A stretch of 64,000 nucleotides of DNA. It comes from Thermoplasmata archaeon. Its GTDB lineage: Archaea; Thermoplasmatota; Thermoplasmata; Lutacidiplasmatales; UBA184. Both the position numbers and the translations under genes were made by a program. This document shows, piece after piece, positions 19,970 to 29,762 of this stretch (positions are counted from its first letter, which is position 1; the number at the start of each line of letters is the position of its first letter). The notes beneath the pieces are model-generated. The model was not told the DNA's origin. It ran no database searches and was given only the letters and a program-made list of their open reading frames with translations. The stretch lies in contig JBAQJJ010000049.1 of NCBI GenBank assembly GCA_049300255.1, positions 43,920 through 107,919 on the forward strand, read 5' to 3'.

Positions 19970-20928
19970 CTGCTCCCTCCGACGCGAGTGTAGATTCCGT
20001 CTTCCCGACCGCGCCCTCCGAGATCCCGCGCGAAGCGGCCGAAAAAATGCTCAACTATCTCGTATTCCACCGATCGCTCCTCGGGGAGACCGAAGATTCC
20101 ACGCAGTTACTCGAACGGTACCTGACGCTGGTCCGCGAGCTCAAGGACGGTGTGCACGTCGTGATCACCGACCCGTTCCAAAAGGCGACCGCCCTCCTCC
20201 TCGAACTCGTCATGGACGAGGAGTTCGACCCGTGGGAGATCGACCTGGTCAAGTTCACCGACGCCTACTTGGAACGCGTGCGTGCGGACGGGAGCGTTAA
20301 TTTCGCGGTCGCGGGTCGGCTGCTCTACATGGCGTGGAGCATCCTCTATCTTCAGTCCGAAGAACTTCTCAAAACTCGCGAGCCGCCCGCTGAACCGACG
20401 GGAGACGACGGGCTTCCCCCCGAAGGGCTGGACGATGGTTACCTCGGGATGATGGATACTCCGGAGGCGGTGGATGTCACCTCGTCGGTCCTCGGGTCCG
20501 TGGACCCTCCGGCCCTCGTGGGAATGGTGCGCCATTCCGAAACTCGGCCCGTCAGCCTGCTCGAACTCGTTCGCGCCTTTGGCGAGGCCGAACAGGACGC
20601 CCGCCGGGCGGTTCGGGTACAGGAACTACGGGACCGGCTCCGCGAGGAGCAACGGGCGCCACCCGAGGTTCTCGTGCACGGCGATATCCCGGCCGAGGAT
20701 CTCGCCGATGCGTGGGAGATCGCCCGACGCCGCCCGTCTGGGTCCCCGTTCGCGCTGCTCGACCTGTGGACCCCGCTGCAAGGGCGAGATCGTTTGGTTT
20801 CACTCTTCCTCGCCGTCCTCTTCCTCGCGCGAGAAGGCGCGATTGAACTGGACCAGGCGAAGGTCGGAGCGGGCCCCATATTGATCGTTCGGATCCGCGA
20901 GGATCGCGTTCCCGTCACGGAGGGGTGA
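19966..20928 (+). CDS. scpA: Segregation and condensation protein A (ScpA kleisin)
   Basis: ATG overlaps the smc stop (ATGA at 19966-19969). Product about 320 aa; smc-scpA-scpB gene order. Confidence 0.8.
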   Translation: MTAPSDASVDSVFPTAPSEIPREAAEKMLNYLVFHRSLLGETEDSTQLLERYLTLVRELKDGVHVVITDPFQKATALLLELVMDEEFDPWEIDLVKFTDAYLERVRADGSVNFAVAGRLLYMAWSILYLQSEELLKTREPPAEPTGDDGLPPEGLDDGYLGMMDTPEAVDVTSSVLGSVDPPALVGMVRHSETRPVSLLELVRAFGEAEQDARRAVRVQELRDRLREEQRAPPEVLVHGDIPAEDLADAWEIARRRPSGSPFALLDLWTPLQGRDRLVSLFLAVLFLAREGAIELDQAKVGAGPILIVRIREDRVPVTEG

Positions 20929-20934
20929 TCGCCC

Positions 20935-21561
20935 ATGCCATCCAAGGTCGATGAATTGGTCCTACGGATCGAAGCGGTGCTGTTCGCCAGCGGGAAACCC
21001 ATGTCGGTCAAGGAACTGACGGACGCGCTCGAGCTCACGGATTTTCGACCGGTCCAACACGCGCTCAAGACCCTTCTCCACACGTACGAGAACCGTCAGA
21101 CGGCGATCGAGGTCCGCCGCGTCGGCGACCGGTACGCTTTGCAACTGAAGGAGGCGTTCGTCGCCTCCGCGCATGCCGTTACCCCGGTCGACCTCGGCCC
21201 GCGCACGATCAAGGCGCTCACCCTGATCGCCTACCACCAACCGATCCTCCAGAGCCGGCTCGCCCGGATGATGGGAGACGTCGCCTACGAAGAGGTCCAG
21301 CGCTTGAAGACGGCGGAGCTGATCCGCGCCGAGCCGAAGGGCGCAACCTTCGAACTCACGACCACGCGCCAATTCGCGGAGTACTTCGGTATCGCCTCGA
21401 CAAGGCCGGAAGAGATCCGTAAGTTCCTCGAGCAGAAGCTCGGGGTCCAGCCGACGACGCTCCCGCCGGCCCTCCCTGCAGAAGAAGTCCTCCCCTCAGC
21501 GCCGGACGCGCCCGCAGTGGACGAAGCCCCGCCGGAAGACCCCCTCGCCCCCACGCCGTGA
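20935..21561 (+). CDS. scpB: Segregation and condensation protein B (ScpB)
   Basis: 208 aa, tandem winged-helix organisation, directly downstream of scpA. Confidence 0.85.
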   Translation: MPSKVDELVLRIEAVLFASGKPMSVKELTDALELTDFRPVQHALKTLLHTYENRQTAIEVRRVGDRYALQLKEAFVASAHAVTPVDLGPRTIKALTLIAYHQPILQSRLARMMGDVAYEEVQRLKTAELIRAEPKGATFELTTTRQFAEYFGIASTRPEEIRKFLEQKLGVQPTTLPPALPAEEVLPSAPDAPAVDEAPPEDPLAPTP

Positions 21562-21565
21562 TCCG

Positions 21566-23887
21566 TTAGAGTTGCCCACAATAGGGGCAGCGGACCGGTT
21601 CGGCAGGACGGGGGGCGCCGCAATAGGGACACGCCATCGTCCCCGGAGAACCCGTCGCCGCTCCTGCGAGCGGGGGCGGTGGGGGTGGCGGCATTTCGTA
21701 CGAGGGAGAAGGCCATCCATAGCTTCCCGGGGGTGGGATGATCGGACCGGTGGGCTGCTTGGTCCGTCCGAAGACTATGATCAATACGACCGCGACGGCC
21801 AGGGCTACTCCGATGATGACAATCAGGAACGAGACCGGGATGGGGCTAGTGGCGCTGTTCGATGGAGGCAGCAATGGCACGGGGCCAGAATACGTGTAGT
21901 TCCGAATCGCGGGGTTCGCGTCCGCCGCCAGGAACGCCGATGGATCGATCGACCCCCAGCCCGTGGTCGCGTCCCACCCGGGTCCGGCGGAAAACACGTA
22001 GTTGGATCCTTGCGTGATGTCCTCGAACGGATTGGCGGCTCCCGGATTCTGGGCATAGTAACTCGCGATCCGATAGAGCTCGGGGTCGATGTACCCGAAG
22101 AGATGATGGGAGCTGCCCGCGAGGACGGCTAGGATCCCGGCAAATACCGGAGCCGCGACGCTCGTGCCTCCGAGCAACGTGAAGTAGGTCCCCGAGGCAT
22201 TTCGCTCGACATAGGCAATCGTCGAATTCGCGACAAACGCCACATCCGGCTCGGCCCGACCGATCGACCCGGCGCCCTGCAGGATCGTAGCATTGACGAT
22301 CGCCGGCTGGGCCGCTGAATGCATCTGCCACGAAGGCTCGGGGTAGACGGCGCTGATGCCTCCCTCGCTCCCGCCGACCACGCCAAACGAGGTCTGATAC
22401 CAGGTCGCCTGGGAGAAGATCGTTCCGGCCCGCGCGTCAAAACTCGCATTGAGGTCCGTTCCGTTCCAGGTTCCTGCCGGTTCGCCTTGCAGTTCGATCT
22501 CGGTGCCGCCGACGGCGACATCGCCGAAGGATTCGAACGCCGCCGAGGCGGGCCATACAGGCCACTGTCCATCCTCACCCCCGGTGAGAGAATTGGGGGC
22601 ATTGCCCGCATCTCCGCTCGACGCGACCACGGTCGTTCCGATCGCCGCCGCATGCATCAGCTCGGCATCCCACATCGAATCGTTTAGGTCAGGGAGGCCA
22701 AAGGAGCCACTGACGACCGCCAATTGGGCCGCTCCATAGTTGTAGGAGAGAGCCGAGGCGAGGCCCTGCGCCAGATCGTCCGCGAGGTCCGAATAGGTCG
22801 GACTACCTACGAACACGCTACCCGGAATGTAGAAATTGTAGAGAGATGCCCCCGGCGCGAGACTGCCCGCCATTTCCAGATCGAGTGAGTTCTCGAGCTC
22901 GTCCGAAGTGTCGTCGCTCCAGTTCCCAAAGTAGCCCGGAGCAGGCGCAGTCGCGTAACCAGGGATCGCCACCGGAACACCCGTATACTGGGGGACGGGC
23001 CACCACGACGGAAGCGTGTCGTTGAAGTATTCTTGGAGGACGGTTGGATCCCACGGCGGCAGGTTCGCCCCGATCGTCACATTGTAAGCCGATGCCAGAA
23101 GAGTCGCGATCGCTTCGCCGGCCCCGAAGGAGGCATTCGGACTCGAAGAGTTGCTCGGAAACAGGTTGCTGACGCCGTACGCCTGCGTGAAATCGGATCC
23201 GAGGTACCATTGGTCACCCGTCGAGGGATCGACGACGAATGAGTTGGACGTGGTCGCGACCCGTCCCTCGCTCTGGGAGACGAGCGTAGCAGCCGTTGCC
23301 GATGCGACATTCGAAAGGTCGCTGAATCCTCCCGCGCCCATCACTTGACCCTCGAGCGAAGTGGGCAATGTCGGGGGCGACGTCGCGCTGTAGACCCAGT
23401 TTCCGGTTGGCGTACGGTACTGAACGAGCGTTGTGTGGAAGGCAGAATCAATCGTTTGCACCGCTAGTGTCGCGGTGACTCCCATCCTATCCGGAGTGGC
23501 CTGGATTCCGCGCCCCCCCAATTGCACGAGCGTGGACTCGACTGAGGCGACGGTTCCGGCCGTCGGGGCGAATCGTTGCTCGAACTCCGACTCGGTCAAG
23601 AAGTGTCGATACTCGATTGCCGACGGATCGGAAAGCTGAGTGAGTAGCGCATTCAGCCCCTCCAGATCGTGAGGGGCGAGCGTGAGGGTGATGTCGACGC
23701 TAGCGGCCGGCGGGAGCGGCTGAATCGCAACGCCGCGGGGGAGTGGGGTAGCATCGGTCGCGAAGCCTGGCGTGCTCGCGCGCGGGGCGACGGCGACGGC
23801 CGCGGCCGGGAGTGCCAATCCCGAAGCGGGAACCGCGAGCAGAAGAATGACGGTCAGGAAAACGAGTGCGAGCGTCGATCCGCGCAT
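21566..23887 (-). CDS. Sedolisin-like (S53) serine-carboxyl peptidase with pro-kumamolisin-type N-terminal propeptide, C-terminal TM anchor, Pro-rich linker and terminal C4 zinc ribbon
   Basis: Signal peptide; catalytic-Ser context LLGGTSVAAPVFAGILAV and SGDAG (S53-like); many N-x-S/T sequons. The C-terminus reads ...IPVSFLIVIIGVALAVAVVLIIVFGRTKQ.. PPPPPPP .. CPYCGAPRPAEPVRCPYCGQL. Confidence 0.75.
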   Translation of the reverse strand: MRGSTLALVFLTVILLLAVPASGLALPAAAVAVAPRASTPGFATDATPLPRGVAIQPLPPAASVDITLTLAPHDLEGLNALLTQLSDPSAIEYRHFLTESEFEQRFAPTAGTVASVESTLVQLGGRGIQATPDRMGVTATLAVQTIDSAFHTTLVQYRTPTGNWVYSATSPPTLPTSLEGQVMGAGGFSDLSNVASATAATLVSQSEGRVATTSNSFVVDPSTGDQWYLGSDFTQAYGVSNLFPSNSSSPNASFGAGEAIATLLASAYNVTIGANLPPWDPTVLQEYFNDTLPSWWPVPQYTGVPVAIPGYATAPAPGYFGNWSDDTSDELENSLDLEMAGSLAPGASLYNFYIPGSVFVGSPTYSDLADDLAQGLASALSYNYGAAQLAVVSGSFGLPDLNDSMWDAELMHAAAIGTTVVASSGDAGNAPNSLTGGEDGQWPVWPASAAFESFGDVAVGGTEIELQGEPAGTWNGTDLNASFDARAGTIFSQATWYQTSFGVVGGSEGGISAVYPEPSWQMHSAAQPAIVNATILQGAGSIGRAEPDVAFVANSTIAYVERNASGTYFTLLGGTSVAAPVFAGILAVLAGSSHHLFGYIDPELYRIASYYAQNPGAANPFEDITQGSNYVFSAGPGWDATTGWGSIDPSAFLAADANPAIRNYTYSGPVPLLPPSNSATSPIPVSFLIVIIGVALAVAVVLIIVFGRTKQPTGPIIPPPGSYGWPSPSYEMPPPPPPPLAGAATGSPGTMACPYCGAPRPAEPVRCPYCGQL

Positions 23888-23988
23888 TATCAGAACGTAC
23901 TAGATGCGCACGGCAGATAACCGTGGGGGATTCCCGAGACCTTGCTCGACCTCGCCAACTCTTTATCTCGGACGTCCGTGCCCGGCGT

Positions 23989-24411
23989 ATGAGCCCGCCG
24001 GAATCGCCGTCCGAGCGGTGCATCTTCTGCGAGATCGTTGCTGGGCGATCCCCAGCGTATGTCGTGTATGAGGACCCGCACACGATTGCGTTTCTCGATC
24101 TCTTCCCCTTCACGCGTGGCCATCTGCTCGTCGTACCGAAACGCCATGTGCCCCGACTCACGGACCTGCGGAACGACGAGCATGCGGACTTCCTGCGCGC
24201 GCTCACCGCGGTTTGCCAGCGGGTCGAACGATTGTCGAGCGACTACAACGTCGCCATGAATCAAGGGGCCCGGGCGGGTCAGGTCGTTTTCCATCTTCAC
24301 TTCCACATCATCCCCCGTTACGGCGAGGCCAATCCCTTCGGACGACAGCCGCGGATTCGACTCGGCGAACCGGAGGCCCGCGAGCTAACGACCCAATTAT
24401 CTGCCCCGTGA
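23989..24411 (+). CDS. HIT-family (histidine triad) nucleotide hydrolase/transferase
   Basis: CIFCEIVAG... and the histidine triad HLHFHIIPR. I chose the internal Met as start. Confidence 0.85.
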   Translation: MSPPESPSERCIFCEIVAGRSPAYVVYEDPHTIAFLDLFPFTRGHLLVVPKRHVPRLTDLRNDEHADFLRALTAVCQRVERLSSDYNVAMNQGARAGQVVFHLHFHIIPRYGEANPFGRQPRIRLGEPEARELTTQLSAP

Positions 24412-25259
24412 AGGCCTCCGTGCCGAAATTTCGATCGCCCGCCGTCGCTGGGCAATTCTACGAATCCGACGGTCAGCGACTCGCCCGTCAGATCGAGAGC
24501 TGCTTCATGGACCCGCGAGGTCCGGGTCATCTTCCCCCCCATCATCGGAGCAAACCGCGGCAGCTACGGGCGGCCATCGTCCCGCACGCCGGATACCGCT
24601 ATTCGGGTCCCATCGCCGCCCACGTCTACGCCGCGATCGCGGCGGAAGAGCCGCCGACGACCGTCCTGATCCTCGGGGTAGATCATCACGGCGGTGCGGT
24701 CCGGGCGGCGACTTCGAATGTGGATTGGCTGACGCCCCTCGGGCCGGTCGAGATCGATAACGACGTCGTGGGCCAACTAGCGAAACCCCCGATCGTGATC
24801 GACGAAGAGACCCAGGCGCTCGAGCACTCGATTGAGGTTCAGCTCCCGTTCCTCCAGTACGTTCTGCCGCATCCTCGGTTCGTTCCCTTGATGGTCCGCT
24901 ACGGGTCCTACGACTCGCTTCACGAAATCGCCGTCGCGGTCCGGTCGGTCGTTGCCTCGCGCCCCGATATTCTGGTCCTGGCCTCTACCGATTTTTCGCA
25001 CTACGTACCAGCGTCCGAGGCCGATCGACTTGACCATCTGGCGATATCGGAGATCCTACGGTCCGACCCGAAAGGACTCTACTCCGTGGTGGCGCGCCAT
25101 GACATTTCGATGTGCGGCATCGCGCCGACGACCGTTCTTCTCGATGCGCTGCAGCATGAGTCGCTCACTCCGACGCTACTTCGCTGGGGTCATTCTGGCG
25201 AGGACACACCGATGCCCGAGGTGGTAGGGTATGCCGCGATCACGCTCACTCGGACGTAG
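24408..25259 (+). CDS. MEMO1/AmmeMemoRadiSam-system protein B family
   Basis: Motifs AGQFYE, VPHAGYRYSG, LILGVDHHG, STDFSHY. A GTG start overlaps the HIT stop (GTGA), indicating translational coupling. Confidence 0.75.
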   Translation: MKASVPKFRSPAVAGQFYESDGQRLARQIESCFMDPRGPGHLPPHHRSKPRQLRAAIVPHAGYRYSGPIAAHVYAAIAAEEPPTTVLILGVDHHGGAVRAATSNVDWLTPLGPVEIDNDVVGQLAKPPIVIDEETQALEHSIEVQLPFLQYVLPHPRFVPLMVRYGSYDSLHEIAVAVRSVVASRPDILVLASTDFSHYVPASEADRLDHLAISEILRSDPKGLYSVVARHDISMCGIAPTTVLLDALQHESLTPTLLRWGHSGEDTPMPEVVGYAAITLTRT

Positions 25260-25394
25260 ACGACCCCCCCCAACGCCGGGTCGAAGCCGATCGGTGGCCC
25301 TCGCTCGTGAGGAGGGCGCACCCGCAGCGTCGCCAGTACCGAGCCACCGCTTACTCCATTAAATACGGCCCCGAGTTCGCCGCCGCCGACTCGC

Positions 25395-25970
25395 ATGATC
25401 CTAAGTGACACCAAGATCCGCGCGGAAATGCGACGGGGGAACATCGTAGTACGACCGTTTCGGCTCAGCTGTCTTGGTACGAATTCCTACGACGTTCACC
25501 TGGGGCCCTACCTCGCGACCTATCGCGACGGAGCCTTGGACGCTCAACAGGCAAATCCGATCCACGAATTCCGGATTCCGCCGCAGGGCTTCGTCCTGGT
25601 TCCCGGTCAACTGTACCTGGGCGTGACGGAAGAGTACACCGAGACCCATGGATTCGTCCCCTTCCTCGAGGGGAAGTCGAGTGTGGGACGATTGGGAATC
25701 GATATCCACTCGACCGCCGGAAAGGGCGACGAAGGGTTCTGCAATTACTGGACCCTCGAAATGTCGGTCAAGCTCCCGGTCCGGGTCTACGCGGGCATGC
25801 CGGTCGGTCAGTTGATCTACTTCGAGATCTCCGGACGTGTGGCGCGCAGCTATTCCAAGAAATCCTCGGCGAAATATCGCACGATCTCCCGGCATCCGAT
25901 CCCATCGCGGATGCATCTGAATTTTCCTTCCGCGTCGCGGCACAGGCGGCGGAGGTCGACCCGCCGCTAG
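25395..25970 (+). CDS. dcd: dCTP deaminase
   Basis: MILSDTKIRAEM..., HGFVPFLEGKSSVGRLG, QLIYFEI motifs. The C-terminal about 30 aa are basic and atypical for the family. Confidence 0.85.
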   Translation: MILSDTKIRAEMRRGNIVVRPFRLSCLGTNSYDVHLGPYLATYRDGALDAQQANPIHEFRIPPQGFVLVPGQLYLGVTEEYTETHGFVPFLEGKSSVGRLGIDIHSTAGKGDEGFCNYWTLEMSVKLPVRVYAGMPVGQLIYFEISGRVARSYSKKSSAKYRTISRHPIPSRMHLNFPSASRHRRRRSTRR

Positions 25971-28846
25971 ACCGTGGTCAAGAGGTAGAAGGCCGGACGG
26001 CCGGGACGCGCCCGCTCGCGGCGACCCTTGGGGTCGTGAGGAGCGGCCTCGGTCTCGGGGTAGACGGAGATCTGTCGGAACTGGAACCGACGCAGGAGGT
26101 ACCCCTCGGACGTTCGCAGGGCTCGGTGCTCGTCGAGGACGATGGGCGAGAGGGGCGGTTCGGAGCGGAGCTGCGGCGTTACGCGTTGGACGTACCCGGG
26201 GATCTCGGCGCGATATGCGGCGAGCTCAGGATGGCGGGCGACTCGTTGCATCATTTCGGCGACCGAGGGCAGTCGTCCAGCCTCCACCACTTCTCGCATC
26301 CACCCTTCCACCGTGCGCTTCCACGGCGCGGCTATGTAGAAGACCGCCTCATCGAGCCTTTGCCCGCGATCAGTAGCGGCGCGCAGCACGGCGCGTAGGT
26401 CGTCTTCTAGGCGCTCCAGAAAGGCCTCCTCTTCCATGGCAGTGGGATTCGTTTCAAACTCATCCGGTGTCGGAAATGGCTCGACGCTCACCAAGCCCGC
26501 AAAGCGATGCTCCCCGAGTTCTTCGGCCAAGTGTGGCGTGATCGGGGCCATCATCCGAATCCACGCCCGCGCGATCCGTTGGAGCAATCGCCCGGAGGTT
26601 CCGCCCCGGGTCGTGTAGCGACGAATCAAGTTTGGGATTCGAACATAGATCAGTTCCCCCGCTTCCCGGATCGAAACGGTCGCAAGATGACCACGCACGG
26701 CGTGGACCACGCCGTGCATCTCGGACTCGAGCCAGGCATCCAGCTCGGGCGGTCCGTCGCCGGACCGAAACATGCTAGGGACCATCCGCTCGATCTCTTC
26801 CAATCGCGTCCGGGCGACCTCGACCTGTTCGGGGTTCCATTCTACGTCCTGGAACGGGGAGGCACCCGTAGCATGGAAAAGCCGCAGGGCATCGGCGCCC
26901 CATTCCTGGAACGCTTCGTCGATACCGACCATCGCGCCCCCCCTCCCGACTTGCTTTTTGGAGAGTTTTGCCCCAGACTCACCCGTCATCCACCAATGAA
27001 TGAAGATCCCGCGCGGTTCGAGCTCACGTGGGAGGAGTAGCGCGTGCGTATACAGGAAGACCGGGAAGTGAACGCGCTTGTGTTCCTTCCCGCCGATATT
27101 GAGATCGAGCGGATACCAGTACAGGAATTCGGAGCGGAGTTCGTCCCGAAGGCTCGCCTCGACCGACGGTTCCCCGGGTCCGGTTCCGAGGATCACGGAA
27201 TCAAAGAACGCGTCGGTCAGTTGGGATACACGGAGACGTCCGTCGTGGACGTAGCGCCGGATGACGAAATACGCGGGGTAGAGGGTCGAGTCGGCGATCG
27301 GCTCGATGATCCACTCCGGATCGTATGGAAACGGGGTTCCCAGCCAACGTCCCCGCCGCGTGCACGGGCGATCCTGGAACCACTCGAGGATGCTCGGGAG
27401 CTCTTTCCCATAATCCTGCGGCTGGTTCGTCATTCGGCCGACGAGGTCGAGGGTAAGATCCTTCCACGCCCGGTCGCTATAGTGCAGGAACCATTGCTCG
27501 GGGACGCGGCGAATCACGACCTGGTGCCCATTACGACAGATCACCGGCTTAGAGAACTCCTGGAGATCGCGGCTCGTCCCAAGAGCCTTCAAGGGGGACG
27601 CCACTTTTTCACGCGCGTCCGCTACCGACTCGCCCGAGTACTCCGAGGTCGCCATTCGCCCCCGAGTCAGTTCGAGTCGGTACAGCCGTTCGGTCGCTTC
27701 CCCCAACGCCCCGACATCTTGCAAGGTACGGGCGCCGGTGGCCCGAGCTGCCCGTTCCGCCGGGGTTCCTTCGCCGACGTTCAGTGCCCGCTCCGAAGCC
27801 GTCCACGTCTCGGGCTTCGTCAGCGTGATGATCACGGGCACCTCCCCCAGCTGAGCGCGGTCCGTTTCCGATAACTCGCGAAGGGCTAGATGGTCGACCG
27901 GCGCATGAGCCGGTACAGACATCACAACCCCCGTACCGACTTGGGGGTCGACGATCTTGCTCGCTAAGATTGGCACGCGCCGTCCCAAGAAAGGAACGGT
28001 AACCATTCGCGTCACGAGATCCTGGGCCGGCGTTTCGTGGCCAATCTTGCCGCCGTGTTGTTCGACCAATCGCTCCGCGCCGGGACGGGCGACTAGGTAT
28101 TCGGCGTGTTCGTGATGCCAAACGACCAACGATTCGTCCGGCGCGAGCCAAAGGTTGGTAACGCCGTACACGGTCTCCGGACGCAACGTGGCGGCCAACA
28201 GGATTCGGCCATCTTCCAAGGCGAACGGCACCGTTGTGTACCGAATGACCTCCGCGTCGCCTCCGCTCGCAAGGTCCGTCTCCGACGCATCGACCGAGAC
28301 CGGCCCGCAGACGGGGCACACGGCTGAGAAGTGAGGGGCTTGGACCAGCGCGTGCCGATCGTGCAGACGATGGAATTGCCACCGGATGAACGCTTGGTAG
28401 TCCTCATCGACCGTCGTGAGGTAGGCACTTTCATCGACCAGGAAGCCAGCCCGTCGAAAGGTTTCCAGATAGCTCTGCCCAAGTATGCGAGCCGCCGTTT
28501 CGGGATCCTCGAGCCGACCCCACTCGATCGGGTCGATCCTGTGGCTTTCCAGTTGTTCCAATGTCGCCGGGTCTCGGTCGTGGACGCGCTGAGCGAACGT
28601 CACAGCTGGTAGACCGGAGGCGTGGGCCCCCGTCGGAAAGAAAACCTGGTGGCCGAGCATCCGGTGGTACCGATGAAGGGCATCGGCGATCACGAGCCCG
28701 CGGAGATGACCGACGTGAAGGAAACCGCTGGTACCCGGATAAGCGACCAGCGCGTAGAACTTCTCTCGACCCGGAATCCGGGTTGCCACGCTCAGATGCT
28801 CTCGGGCCCAGACTGCCTGCCAGTAAGCCTCGCGTGAGCGCTCCAT
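25967..28846 (-). CDS. leuS: Leucyl-tRNA synthetase, archaeal/eukaryotic type
   Basis: 959 aa; HIGH motif (FLHVGHLRG) and KMSKS-like motif (AKLSKKQ), with a large editing-domain insertion. Its length and domain order match archaeal-type LeuRS. Confidence 0.93.
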   Translation of the reverse strand: MERSREAYWQAVWAREHLSVATRIPGREKFYALVAYPGTSGFLHVGHLRGLVIADALHRYHRMLGHQVFFPTGAHASGLPAVTFAQRVHDRDPATLEQLESHRIDPIEWGRLEDPETAARILGQSYLETFRRAGFLVDESAYLTTVDEDYQAFIRWQFHRLHDRHALVQAPHFSAVCPVCGPVSVDASETDLASGGDAEVIRYTTVPFALEDGRILLAATLRPETVYGVTNLWLAPDESLVVWHHEHAEYLVARPGAERLVEQHGGKIGHETPAQDLVTRMVTVPFLGRRVPILASKIVDPQVGTGVVMSVPAHAPVDHLALRELSETDRAQLGEVPVIITLTKPETWTASERALNVGEGTPAERAARATGARTLQDVGALGEATERLYRLELTRGRMATSEYSGESVADAREKVASPLKALGTSRDLQEFSKPVICRNGHQVVIRRVPEQWFLHYSDRAWKDLTLDLVGRMTNQPQDYGKELPSILEWFQDRPCTRRGRWLGTPFPYDPEWIIEPIADSTLYPAYFVIRRYVHDGRLRVSQLTDAFFDSVILGTGPGEPSVEASLRDELRSEFLYWYPLDLNIGGKEHKRVHFPVFLYTHALLLPRELEPRGIFIHWWMTGESGAKLSKKQVGRGGAMVGIDEAFQEWGADALRLFHATGASPFQDVEWNPEQVEVARTRLEEIERMVPSMFRSGDGPPELDAWLESEMHGVVHAVRGHLATVSIREAGELIYVRIPNLIRRYTTRGGTSGRLLQRIARAWIRMMAPITPHLAEELGEHRFAGLVSVEPFPTPDEFETNPTAMEEEAFLERLEDDLRAVLRAATDRGQRLDEAVFYIAAPWKRTVEGWMREVVEAGRLPSVAEMMQRVARHPELAAYRAEIPGYVQRVTPQLRSEPPLSPIVLDEHRALRTSEGYLLRRFQFRQISVYPETEAAPHDPKGRRERARPGRPAFYLLTTV

Positions 28847-28956
28847 TGCCGCTCGCTCGGATTCGGGAATCGTATTTCAATGATTGTGACCAGGAGGCCC
28901 TCACGGAACGGCGCGGGGGCAAGCGCCTTTAGTACGGTTCTCCCCTGGTTTGTCCC

Positions 28957-29586
28957 ATGCGCATCATCGAGGTCTTCTACTCCCTGCAAGGGGAGGGGCC
29001 GCTCTCCGGGGTACGCACTTCGTTCATACGAACGGCGCGCTGCAATCTGCGTTGCACGTGGTGCGATACGACCTATTCCTTTGGTCCGGGGCGAGAGCGA
29101 TCGATCGAATCGCTGCTGCGCGAGGTCACTGGCCACCGAACGAGATATGCCTGCCTGACGGGCGGCGAACCGCTGCTTCAGCGGGAATCGGTCCGCCTTT
29201 TGCGAGCGCTCGCTCGGAAAGGAATGACCACCGTGGTAGAGACTGGCGGTTCGTTGGACGTCGCGCCGTACCTTTCCATCCCGCGCGTGATCCTTAGCGT
29301 TGACGTGAAGTGCCCTGCCTCGCGAATGGAATCGCATAACCGCTGGGAGAACCTGCCCCTCTTGCGACCGACGGACGTCGCAAAATTTGTCGTTCAGGAC
29401 CGAGCGGATTACCTCTACGCCAAACGGACCATGAAGCTCCATTCGACTCGCGCCCAGCTCGTCTTCCAGCCGGTTTGGGGAACGGACGCCGGACGTCTCG
29501 CGGATTGGGTTCTCGCCGATCACTTGGACGTACGCGTGCTCTTGCAAGAACACAAGGTTCTATGGGGAGACGTCGCCGGTCGCTAG
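28957..29586 (+). CDS. queE: 7-carboxy-7-deazaguanine synthase (radical SAM, QueE; archaeosine/queuosine precursor pathway)
   Basis: MRIIEVFYSLQGEG ... CNLRCTWCDT radical-SAM cluster motif characteristic of QueE. Confidence 0.85.
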   Translation: MRIIEVFYSLQGEGPLSGVRTSFIRTARCNLRCTWCDTTYSFGPGRERSIESLLREVTGHRTRYACLTGGEPLLQRESVRLLRALARKGMTTVVETGGSLDVAPYLSIPRVILSVDVKCPASRMESHNRWENLPLLRPTDVAKFVVQDRADYLYAKRTMKLHSTRAQLVFQPVWGTDAGRLADWVLADHLDVRVLLQEHKVLWGDVAGR

Positions 29587-29762
29587 GCGCCCGGCGCTGA
29601 GTCGGAAGCCGACGGTCGCGGCGAGCTCGTGCGTCGGACGCCCGCCCGCCGCGGGAAGCCTAAAGAGGCGGCATCCCTGCTCGCCTCGAATACCTTATGG
29701 AATCTGCTTCCCCCAAGTACTCGCCGGTCGGATTGGATAGTCCGTTTGGTAAGTCCCGTTCG

